From the NCBI GenBank assembly GCA_002269645.1, contig NIVC01001378.1:237465-301464 (forward strand): a DNA stretch of 64,000 nt. The letters run 5' to 3'. Positions 23,346 to 35,188 of this stretch are shown one piece after another; position 1 is the first letter of the stretch, and each line of letters opens with the position of its first letter. A model generated the notes under the pieces. The model saw only the letters and a list, made by a program, of their open reading frames with translations. It had not been told where the DNA came from and did no database searches. Both the position numbers and the translations under genes were made by a program. The DNA comes from Macrostomum lignano. Taxonomy: Eukaryota.

Positions 23346-25829
23346 CCTCCCTTCTCTCCACTCCACTTTCTTACTGGCTCTCCGATCGTCTCTCTATTGT
23401 ATTAAAAACTTGTCTTATCATCCCAACCACCCATAACCCTTCAATATGATATTTTGAAACTGACATTTCGGATTGTAAAATAAATTTTATAATAAAAAAG
23501 GAATACTATTCATTTGGGCTATGACAGTTTTCTAGAATTTTTAAAAATACCCCCGATAATGCTAGAGGACTTCAAGATCTTGTTAAAAAACGTGAAGTCT
23601 TGGAAATTCGACCAGTTGGAAACCTCGGCAGAGATCATCTCCGAATTGTGAGTTGATGGGAAGCCGGTTTTTTGTGAATTGTTTCGCCTGTTGAGTGTTG
23701 ATTCAATTTTTTTTATTTCTTTGTTTTCTGGGGTGTTTCTTCTTCAAGCCTTCAAGTTTTCTGTCTTTTTAATTAGATATTTTCGTTTTATTAAACAGAA
23801 TTGGAATTTTCTACATTTAAATTGGGCTTTCCACGACTTTAAATAGAGTTTATTTGTTTTTATTGACTTTTTTCGTTTTTTGAAAGAATTTATTTCGTTT
23901 TCAAATAGATTGCTTCGTTTTTTTTCGTTTTTTATGAAATATTCGGGAGCACGACAATTTCCCGCAGCAAGGTTTTCCCGCAGGGTTTTTCCTGTCGAAA
24001 TTTTAAGTCAAATCCAGTCTATAGACTGCCTGGACTAGATTATAACTAGCCTAGACTAGACTAGCCTAGACTAGACTAGACATAAACTAGACTAGATTAA
24101 AAACTTGACTAGATTACAACTAGACTAGACTAAATTTCAAATCCGATTGGATTTGACTTGAAATTCCGACAGGAAAAGCTCGCGCGGCCAAACCTTATAG
24201 ACCCAAATATTCTTCGTTTTTCTTTACCTTTTTCGGGTTTTATCGTTTCTTTAACTGGGTTTTTTATTCCCAATAGCACTTAGTTTTGCTTTATTTTCAT
24301 CAAACGCTGCTTGCTTCAATTTGGGGTTTCTTCATTTTAAAGTACGGGTGAATTTCGAAAATTTTGGAAATATTCTACTTTCTATACAGACAATTAAAAT
24401 TTTGGGGTTGCTTCAAAAGTTCCCTTTTATGACAGCATATTTTCTGTGGTCTGCGAAGCCTCTCTATCCGGTCCTCTGGTCCGTTGAAACTTCGCAATCC
24501 CGCCCGCTCATGGTTTACGTCTCCTCTCAAATCTCTTTTCTCTAATCTACTCTCACTTCTCTTCACCTCTCTTGTCTCTCTCTCTCCTCTCTCCTGTCTC
24601 CTCTCTTCTCTCTCCTCTCTCCTCTCTTCTCTCTCCTCTCTCCTCTCTCCTGTCTCCTCTCTTCTCTTCTCTCTCCTACCTCCTCTCTCCTCCCTCCTCT
24701 CTTCAATCTCCTCTCTTCTCTTCTCTCTTCTGTCTCCTCTCTCCTCCCTCCTCTCTTCAATCTCCTCTCCCCTCTCTCCTCTCCCCTCCCCTCTCTCCTC
24801 TCTCCTCTCTCCTCTCTCCTCTCCTCTCTCCTCTCCTCTCTCCTCTCTCCTCTCCCCTCTCTCCTCTCCCCTCCCCTCTCTCCTCTCTCCTCTCTCCTCT
24901 CTCCTCTCTCCTCTCTCCTCTCCTCTCTCTCTCTCCTCTCTCCTCTCCTCTCTCCTCTCTCCTCTCTCCTCTCTCCTCTCTCCTCTCCTCTCTCCTCTCT
25001 CCTCTCTCCTCTCTCCTCTCTCCTCTCCTCTCTCCTCTCTCCTCTCTCCTCTCTCCTCTCTCCTCTCCTCTCTTCTCTCCTTCTTTTCCTCCCTTCTCTC
25101 CACTCCACTTTCTTACTGGCTCTCCGATCGTCTCTCTATTGTATTAAAAACTTGTCTTATCACCCCAACCACCCATAACCCTTCAATATGATATTTTGAA
25201 ACTGACATTTCGGATTGTAAAATAAATTTTATAATAAAAAAGGAATACTATTCATTTGGGCTATGACAGTTTTCTAGAATTTTTAAAAATACCCCCGATA
25301 ATGCTAGAGGACTTCAAGATCTTGTTCAAAAAACACAAGCCCAAAACGTACTCAAGGACGTACTCAAGTTCATCAATTCTGAGCTCTCCTAGCTACCGTA
25401 TACTCTGATCCGTCTGACAGGCGCATGATTTACAACACTAGTTTAGTCGATACTCTATGAATAGCAGATTATAATATCAACCAGACCTAAGAGATCAAAG
25501 AGAGCCGCCAAGGCCGTTGCAGCCAGCAAATTATAAAGCTTTAATTGATCGTCTGGTGAAAAGTTTATACGGAGACTGAAGTGTACTTTAAACTGGCCTC
25601 TCTCTCTCTCTCTCTGATTTGGAGTCTCGCCTAGGGTGCTCAATTGCGTAGAATAGACTTTAACAAAGTTTAGTCTTCATTTAAATATTCTACTTTCTAT
25701 ACAGACAATTAAACAGTGCCCTGAATTCCTCAGGGCATTCCTAAGTATGTCCTGAATTACTAATTATGCCTGATAAGGGAATTTATAAATCAGATTGTAC
25801 ATGTTCCTTTCTAGCACAACACCCATTTC

Positions 25830-26390
25830 TAGCCCTCCTGACACCCTACTAGAACCCCTGACACCCTTCTAGCACCCCTGACACCCTACTAGCACCCCTG
25901 ACACCCTTCTAGCACCCCTGACACCCTAACTAGCACTCCTAACACCATTCTAGGATTTCTGACACCCTTATAGCACTACTGAACCTCTTCTAGCACCCCT
26001 GACACCCTTCTAGCGCCCCTGACACCCTAACTAGCACTCCTAACACCATTCTAGGATCTTTGACACCCTTATAGCACTACTGAACTTCTTCTAGCACCCC
26101 TGACACCCTTCTAGCACCTTTGAAACCCTTCTAGCACCCCTGACACCCTTATAGAATTCCTGAAACCCTTCTAGAACCCCTGAAACCCTTCTAGCACCCC
26201 TGACACCCTTCTAGAACCCCTGAAAACCTTATAGCACCTCTGAGGCCCTGACACACATTTCTAGCACCCTTACACCCTACTAGCACCCCTGAAACCCTTA
26301 TAGCACCTCTGAGGCCCTGACACCCATTTCTAGCCCCCCTGACACCCTTCTAGCACCCCTGACACCCTTCTAGCACCGCTGACCCCCGTC
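25830..26390. repeat. 20-bp minisatellite
   Basis: Unit cttctagcacccctgacacc, degenerate. Confidence 0.92.
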
Positions 26391-27599
26391 TACATTTACG
26401 TGTCGCGAGAGGTTTAGAGATAGATAACACACACTGCCCTAATAGTGCATAGTTATCAGCTAACTAATGCAAACGCTGACAATACTACTTCAATAATAAT
26501 TATCCAGTCCTTCCAATACTTCATACCAATCTATAATTAATTTACACTCAGCCAAGGTAAACAATGGGAACAATATTTTGTTCTAGCTATCTATACTGCT
26601 CGCGGGAAAATGAGAAATTTGGGACTATAGAAGTGAGTCCATCAATTATTTGCAATTCATTATTTTCCTCTTACAATGTCTGCCCCGCGCTCATTAGTGA
26701 TACCTGTCATTATGTCATGTGTCTCTTACCTCTGACTAAAAAGGAAAAGCTACTGATGGCCACAGTGATACTGAATAGCGATCACGTGACTGCGAATAGC
26801 TAGTCACGTGACCCAGTCAAGCTCTGCAGTTGTCCGTTCGTTTCTCTGTACTTGCAGCCTATTTTTTGTGACATCAGAGAAAGTGACAGACAGGCTGACA
26901 GACAGGCAGACAGACTACAGACAGACACGGCAAACAAGCAGAGCATGGAAGGGAGAAGAAAATTATCGATTTTTATTTTTGCCAACAAAATTTCCAAGGT
27001 CGGGGTGAGGAAGAGAGAAATAGAGTAAGCTATACTGTGCCCTGGATTGGACCCTGGGAATTTCACTCGCCCCCAGGGCGTCATATGGTTCAGGCGCCAG
27101 CCCCGTGGGACATTAATTTCATTAGTATATAGCAATTAATTTGGATTTTTTAATGACAAAAAGTGTATTTGCGAGAACCCCCCCCCTTTTCCTAGACTGC
27201 CCTCTCTAGGCGCGGATTTCGTCGATAGTGTAGCACACGCAATGCTCACATTTCTACCGAGTCTGTCTTCCTCTCTGCTCTCTCTTTTCTTCTTCCCTAT
27301 GCTTTTTCTCCTTTCTCTCTTCTCTTTTTGGTCCTTGAGCTGGGCTGTTGCACACACTGGGGGGGGGGGGTAGAAGTCACCCGTTTAAGCTCGTCTATTA
27401 GAGCTTATATTAGACTTACAGCTAGTGAAGTAGACTTACAGAGTGTGCGTGACCGAGAAGGGGAAGTAATGGGAATAGAGGCGATTGACGGGGCTCATGA
27501 CTCATCGCTGTATATTGCCGAACTGCTGGGTAGGGAAGGGTAGAGATTGGCTGTACTTGGCAATGTTCAACCATTTTATGCAGTGGCTGCGCCCCCTGG

Positions 27600-27970
<371 letters not shown>

Positions 27971-28684
27971 GTCTTCGGCAGCAGCAACATATTATTTTTC
28001 CTACAGGGCGGGAAGGAGGCTGACGGAGGTTGGCGGGCTTGCATAAACTCTGTCTGTCTGCTTCTCCCATTTTGCCACTTCCTCTATAACTAAAATTTAC
28101 GCTCTCGCGGGCGGCAAGAAAGCCAACAGTTCTGGCCGCAATATTTATCTCTCCTCGAGGATTCATATTCGCCCTTCATCCGTCGTCTCTCCAAGGCTGG
28201 CCAGTCCCCCCCCCCCAGTAGTGCCTCGTCTGTCTCACTAACCCTATTTTCCAGATCCCCAGACATGACCGGTTTATGGATGTCTCTTCGTTCTAACCCT
28301 TCCGTCTTCCCCTCCCAGTCTCAATTTCTATCCCCATTCCCCATCCTTCTTTCCCAGCCTCTCCTTCATCACCACCCCCAGCCTGCCCTCCGTCTGCTCC
28401 GATGCAAAACTATGTACTATTACCGACTTTGTCGCCTATTCTACTAGTAAACATGACCCGTTCTTGTCTGGAGTGTTGTCTTGGTCTTCCTTTAACACTT
28501 CTGTTTATTCAAAGCAATGGAATTTACAGATAGTTTTGCAATTAGTATTCGTTAACACAAATTCTTTAGGGCTGGGTTGACTTTGATTGGCAAATTTTTA
28601 GCGTAAAGTTTTTGTTTACTATAATATTTCTTTACTAAAATTTTGTTTATTATAAAATTCTACTGTTTTATAATAAACAGTAGA

Positions 28685-30425
28685 CACAGGCACTAAGGCA
28701 GACACTGAGACAGGCACTGAGACAGACACTGAGACAGACACTGAGACAGGCACTGAGACAGGCACTGAGACAGACACTGAGACAGACACTGAGACAGACA
28801 CTGAGACAGACACTAAGGCACTAAGGCAGACACTAAGGCAGACACTGAGACAGACACTAAGGCACTAAGGCAGACACTAAGGCAGACACTGAGACAGGCA
28901 CTGAGACAGGCACTGAGACAGACACTAAGGCAGACACTAAGGCAGACACTGAGACAGGCACTGAGACAGGCACTGAGACAGGCACTGAGACAGGCACTGA
29001 GACAGACACTGAGACAGACACTAAGGCACTAAGGCAGACACAAAGGCAGATACTGAGACAGACACTAAGGCACTAAGGCAGACACAAAGGCAGATACTGA
29101 GACAGACACTAAGGCACTAAGGCAGACACTAAGGCAGATACTGAGACAGACACTAAGGCACTAAGGCAGACACTAAGGCAGACACTGAGACAGACACTAA
29201 GGCACTAAGGCAGACACAAAGGCAGATACTGAGACAGACACTAAGGCACTAAGGCAGACACTAAGGCAGACACTGAGACAGACACTAAGGCACTAAGGCA
29301 GACACTAAGGCAGACACTGAGACAGACACTAAGGCACTAAGGCAGACACTGAGACAGACACTAAGGCACTAAGGCAGACACTGAGGCAGACACTGAGACA
29401 GGCACTAAGGCACTAAGGCAGACACTAAGGCAGACACTGAGACAGACACTAAGGCACTAAGGCAGACACTAAGGCAGGCACTGAGACAGGCACTAAGGCA
29501 CTAAGGCAGACACTAAGGCAGACACTGAGACAGACACTAAGGCACTAAGGCAGACACTAAGGCAGACACTGAGACAGACACTAAGGCACTAAGGCAGACA
29601 CTGAGACAGGCACTGAGACAGACACTAAGGCACTAAGGCAGACACTGAGGCAGACACTGAGACAGGCACTAAGGCACTAAGGCAGACACTAAGGCAGACA
29701 CTGAGACAGACACTAAGGCACTAAGGCAGACACTAAGGCAGACACTAAGGCACTAAGGCAGACACTGAGGCAGACACTGAGACAGACACTAAGGCACTAA
29801 GGCAGACACTGAGACAGGCACTGAGACAGACACTAAGGCACTAAGGCAGACACTAAGGCAGACACTGAGACAGACACTAAGGCACTAAGGCAGACACTGA
29901 GACAGGCACTGAGACAGGCACTAAGGCACTAAGGCAGACACTGAGACAGGCACTGAGACAGACACTAAGGCACTAAGGCAGACACTGAGGCAGACACTGA
30001 GACAGACACTAAGGCACTAAGGCAGACACTAAGGCAGACACTAAGGCACTAAGGCAGACACTGAGGCAGACACTGAGACAGACACTAAGGCACTAAGGCA
30101 GACACTAAGGCAGACACTGAGACAGACACTAAGGCACTAAGGCAGACACTAAGGCAGACACTGAGACAGACACTAAGGCACTAAGGCAGACACTGAGGCA
30201 GACACTGAGACAGGCACTAAGGCACTAAGGCAGACACAAAGGCAGACACTGAGACAGACACTAAGGCACTAAGGCAGACACTAAGGCAGACACTGAGACA
30301 GACACTAAGGCACTAAGGCAGACACTAAGGCAGATACTGAGACAGACACTAAGGCACTAAGGCAGACACTAAGGCAGACACTGAGACAGACACTGAGAAA
30401 GGCACTAAGACAGACATTAAGACAG
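28685..30425. repeat. Composite satellite of 12-mers and an 8-mer
   Basis: Modules acactgagacag, acactaaggcag and gcactaag in mixed order. Confidence 0.96.
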
Positions 30426-30492
30426 ATTAAGGCGGACACTAAGACACTAAGATAAGCACTAAATTATTTGTTAATTTAATTATTTCGCGCAG

Positions 30493-31933
30493 CCTCTCGG
30501 ATGAAGCGAAATCGGCCGCCAGCTCCTGGGGCTCTGTGGTTGCCATGCAGGCGGCTCCGCAAGCTCGGTCAGTCGATGACGCAGCCGCCGGAGAAGCCGC
30601 CGATGCCTCCGCCTCGCAGCAGCAGCAGCAGCAGCAGCAGCTGATTGCAGTGGGGTACCGCGGCGGTCCAGTCGTTCTGCTAAGCGCTGCGACTGCCGCC
30701 CCGCGCTGCCTGGCGCTCTCCTCGGAGCTCGAATGCCTCGCCTGGCGCCGTTCGACCAACAACGACGATGCCCCGACACTGCTGACTGGCCACTCGGACG
30801 GAGCCTACGCCGAATGGCAGATTCCCGAACTGCCGTCCGAGCCAGCCGCCGATAGCGGCAACAACAAAGACTCGGCTAAATCCGACGAGACAACTGAAGA
30901 GAATGCCGCCGACAAAGACAAGGCGGAGGCCGAGACAGAAGCTACAAAGAAGGAGCAGCAGAAGGTGCCGCCGGTCATGGCCAAGCAGCTGGGCGATCGG
31001 ACCACCGTCTATGGCCCGTTTCCATGCCAACCAATCCCTCTGCTGGCCTCGTACAGCGGCGGCGTTACCGCATTCGCTGGCGGCCTGGCCAAGAACACCC
31101 ACGCGGATGTGCACTCGGTGACCCTAACCGTGGGCAGTCGTCAGGCCTGCTACCAGCTGCCCGCAGCTCCTGTTGGACTGCTGCTGCCGCGACCCGACTG
31201 TTTGCTGGCCGTGTGCCAGACCCGCCTGCTGGCCATCGACATCGCCGACTCCGACTGGCGCCCCTTCCGGCCGCCGTATCTTCGTTGCCTGTCGGCCGCC
31301 GACGCGCCGCCGACAGTCGCTCGGGTGTTCGGGCCGCTAGCTGGCCTGCCGGATCCAACCCGGCTCGCTCTCGAAGCCGCCGCCAAAGCCGCTGCCGCAG
31401 CCGGAGCCGCGGCATTCAGCCAGCGCGACTGGCCAATCAACGGCGGCCGATTCTACGGCGGCGAAGCGTCGACGGAGGAGAAGGAGACCGCCGGGGAGGA
31501 GCGGCACCTGCTAGTGACAGGCCATGCCGATGGAGGCGTCGCCTTCTGGATGCTCGACGCTCGCAAAGGCCTCGGAGTTCCCTTCGGCCGTCTGGACACC
31601 GCCCGGCTGTTCGTCGCCGACGCGGCCGCCGTCGGCAACGGCAAAGCTTCCGGCGAAGCCGGCGACGCGTTTCCCAAACTGTTGCGCAACGTTGGCGTCG
31701 ACTTTCCGCCGCCTCCGCCGGTGGACCCGCGGCTGGCGATCTTCGATGTGCAGCTGGTTGGTGAGGGCCTGCTGGTGACCGGCTCAGGTGGTCAGGCCGT
31801 TGTCTGGTCGCCAACTGACGAGCTCGAGGCTGGCGATGTTCAACTCGATCTGCGCACGGTTCGAGCCGACTTTCTGGCCGAAGGGAGCGCGACCGGCGCC
31901 GCCTACGAGTGGACTGGACCCGAGGCTCTGCAG
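30493..31933 (+). CDS. lgl: Lethal giant larvae homologue, coding exon 5
   Basis: Contains YGPFPCQPI, PYLRCL, WPINGG, LLVTGHADGGVAFW and DPRLAI, matching Lgl YGPFPCKAI, PYLAPL, WPITGG, LLLTGHEDGTVRFW, DPRLGV; gcgcag acceptor, gtgagc donor; 1441 nt phase 2/0. Confidence 0.93.
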
Positions 31934-31964
31934 GTGAGCAACAGATACATCGTTTAAATAATCA

Positions 31965-32175
31965 TGCAATCAGTCAATGAATCAATTATGAAATCAATCA
32001 ATTAAAAATCAATCAGTCAGCCAGTCAATCAATCAATCAACAAAGCAAACAAGATCAATCAATCAGTCAATCAATCAACCAATCAATCAATCAATCTGTC
32101 AATCAATCAACCAATCAATCAATCAATCTGTCAATCAATTAATCAATCAGTCAATCAAACAATCCATCAATCAAC
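31965..32175. repeat. (AATC)n microsatellite filling Lgl intron 5
   Basis: Direct. Confidence 0.9.
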
Positions 32176-32227
32176 AATTTAACAGTGTTAATAGTCAAAA
32201 AAACAATCCACCTATAAATATTTAAAG

Positions 32228-33873
32228 ATCCGCCCACCGGAGGCCGTCGCCAAATTCGGCGCGCCGTTCCGGCCGAGCTGCGTGGCCCTGGTCAGCCCGC
32301 CCAGCCCCGTCACCTCAGCGGCCTACAGCCAGCGCTGGGGCATCTTGGCTGTCGGCACCGCGCACGGTGTCGCCGTATTCGACTCTCGCTCCGTCCGACA
32401 GATCGCCGCACACCCGACTCTGCCAGCGGTCGGCGTCGGCGCCTCCGGCGACGCCGATTCCGGCGCCGCCGCCGTCAACGGCGGAGCTTCCGGTTCCGAT
32501 GCCGGCAGCGGCCTGGGCAGCAGTCTGCGCCAGAGCTTCCGCATGCTAAAAAAGTTCCGACCCGGTCGCAAACAGGAATACACCGTTACTAACGAGAAGA
32601 AGCCGGAAAAGAAAACGGCAGACGAAAAAAAACCGGAAGAAAAGCCGGAAGAAAAGCCGGAAGAAAAGCCGGAAGACAAGCCGGAAGACAAGCCGGAAGA
32701 CAAGCCGGAAGACAAGCCGGAAGACAAACCAGAAGAGAAACCGGAAGAGAAACCGGAAGACAAGCCCGAAGAGACAGCAAAGAAGGAGGACGAATCTGCA
32801 GCCGAAGGCGTCACCGCCGCTGCAGCCGAAGCTGCCGCCCCGCCTCCGCCGCCGGAGAAGCAGAAGCTTGGCCCGCTCGACCCCCGGCCCCGAGGCCAGA
32901 TCGGCGCCCTGCTGCTCACCGAGACACAGTTGACCGCTGCCAACGCTCGCGCGGTGTCCCTGCTAGCTGGAGACGCGTCTGGCAGAATCCTCGCCTTCCA
33001 GTTGACTCGCCCGCCGAAACCGGCCGTGAAAGATGAAGCTGCCACAGCCGCCGCGGACGCGACTAATGATGAGGCTGCAGAGCAGAAGCCAGAGCAGCAG
33101 CAGCAGCAGCAGCCGGAAGAGGGTGAATGGCAGGCGCAGCTGGTCAAGGAGCTCCACCTGAAGCACGGAGCCCCAGTAGCCGCTCTGTACACCCTGTCTG
33201 CGCGCAATCATTCCATTGTTGACGCCGAATCAACCGTTGACGGGCCGCACGAGCTGCTGGTGGCATCCGAGGAGCAAGTGAAACTGTTCAACCTGCCGGG
33301 CTTGAAGCCTCGCGTCAAATGCCGCCTGACCGGCCGCCTGCTGTCCAGCGGTCACGCGGTTTTCCCGTCGTCAACTCGGCCGGACGTCCGGGAGTTCGGC
33401 CTGGCCGCCTATCTGGACAATGGCACCCTGCTGGTGCTCGGCTTCCCCGGCCTGAAGGTGCACGCCTGGCGGGAGCAGTTCCTTCGGAGTGGCGACGTCG
33501 CCATCTGCTGCCGGCTCGGCGCCCCGGTCGCGCTGACCCTGGAGGCCGGCGGTCGGCTGGCCTCGGTGCACCGTCTGTCAGCCGGCAGTCTTGGCGCCGC
33601 GTTCCAACGCAGCGCCGGCCTGGATCTGCCCGAGGACGCTCGCAAGAAGCCGGAGGAGCAGCCGGCTCAGCAGCAGCCTGCTGCCGCTACCGCAGCCGCC
33701 GCCGAAGCCGCTCCGGTCGCCGAGGCCCCAGCTGCTAATGGAACCGGCGAGGAGAAGGACGGAGGCGAAGAAGCCAAGGCTGCGGCCAAGGAGGAAGACA
33801 AAGTGGGAGACGAGGCCTCGAAACCGGTGGCTGCGGATATCACGATGGACGACATCAAGGAGTACGCTACTGG
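32228..33873 (+). CDS. lgl: Lethal giant larvae homologue, coding exon 6 (aPKC phospho-region and C-terminal propeller)
   Basis: WGILAVGTAHGVAVFD, SLRQSFR, LHLKHGAPV, HELLVASEEQVKLFNLP and DITMDDIKEY match Lgl motifs; tttaaag acceptor, gtgagt donor. Confidence 0.93.
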
Positions 33874-33922
33874 GTGAGTTGCTGCGCTTTGAGTTACCTC
33901 CCTGAAATAACCGATCAAGCAC

Positions 33923-34105
33923 GGTCACCTCCATGGTGTAACCGTTGAAACACACTGACCTTCATGATGTAACCGTTGAAACACACTGACCTCCATGATG
34001 TAACCGTTGAAACACACTGATCTCCATGATGTAACCGTTGAAACAAACTGACCTCCCTGATGTAACCGTTGAAACACACTGGCCTCCACGGTGTAACCGT
34101 TAAAA
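33923..34105. repeat. ~32-bp minisatellite in Lgl intron 6
   Basis: Unit ccatgatgtaaccgttgaaacacactgacct, about 6 copies. Confidence 0.9.
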
Positions 34106-34129
34106 AACACTCACCGTTGCAATATTCAG

Positions 34130-34427
34130 TACGGGCCCGAGCGCCGTGACCTCAGAGCCAATTCCCGAAGTTGCTGGAGAGGACAAGCGCGAGTCGACTG
34201 TCAGCGGCGGGGAAAACGCCGACAATAAGCCGGCGGTCGCTGAGGTGACGCCAGCCGCCGAGATCAAATGCGGAAGCGAAGTAGCCGCCACTGAATCGGC
34301 CGCCACTGGTGCGTTGAACCATGATGCTTGGGGTGCATCCTCGGCTAATATCCACCGAACACTGACATCATTCCTAGAATTACTCGTAGTTATCCGCCAT
34401 CTCCCGATATCGATTGACGCTCTTTGA
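34130..34427 (+). CDS. lgl: Lethal giant larvae homologue, probable terminal low-complexity exon (3' end uncertain)
   Basis: aatattcag acceptor gives phase-2 entry into an Ala/Glu-rich frame (GTGPSAVTSEPIPEVAG...); may instead end at the donor gtgcgt at 34309. Confidence 0.55.
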
Positions 34428-34544
34428 CATGAACTGCAATCTATAGTTACATCTGACATCATTTTCCATTCCCTGATATCCTGTCCTCTGGTATCAGCTC
34501 CGAAACTAAAACATCTGATCCATTCTCTATCGTCTGACATCCTC

Positions 34545-35188
34545 TGATATAATCAGACATTCTCCATTTTCTATCTATGACATCCTCTGATATAATCAGA
34601 CATTCTCCATTTTCTATCTATGACATCCTCTGATATAAACAGACATTCTCCATTTTCTATCTATGACATCCTCTGATATAATCAGACATTCTCCATTTTC
34701 TATCTATGACATCCTCTGATATAATCAGACATTCTCCATTTTCTATCTATGACATCCTCTGATATAATCAGACATTCTCCATTTTCTATCTATGACATCC
34801 TCTGATATAATCAGACATTCTCCATTTTCTATCTATGACATCCTCTGATATAAACAGACATTCTCCATTTTCTATCTATGACATCCTCTGATATAATCAG
34901 ACATTCTCCATTTTCTATCTATGACATCCTCTGATATAATCAGACATTCTCCATTTTCTATCTATGACATCCTCTGATATAATCAGACATTCTCCATTTT
35001 CTATCTATGACATCCTCTGATATAATCAGACATTCTCCATTTTCTATCTATGACATCCTCTGATATAATCAGACATTCTCCATTTTCTATCTATGACATC
35101 CTCTGATATAATCAGACATTCTCCATTTTCTATCTATGACATCCTCTGATATAATCAGACATTCTCCATTTTCTGTCTATGACATCCT
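34545..35188. repeat. 43-bp minisatellite
   Basis: Unit gacatcctctgatataatcagacattctccattttctatctat, about 15 copies. Confidence 0.97.

Larger units (their letters stand above)
21582..25333 (+). repeat. Tandem segmental duplication (~2.0 kb copy 21582-23589; ~1.75 kb copy 23590-25333)
   Basis: Second copy restarts at acgtgaagtcttggaaattc (3' end of Lgl exon 4) and reproduces the downstream intron, with SNPs, a ~500 bp replacement and a longer CT tract. Confidence 0.92.

Noticed and set aside
22920-25191. ERREER / LSSLLSP ORFs
   Set aside because: CT-rich low-complexity tracts in the Lgl intron.
27971-27992. cttcggcagca...acatat resembling the U6 snRNA 5' end
   Set aside because: Only about 11 matching bases; the rest of U6 is absent.
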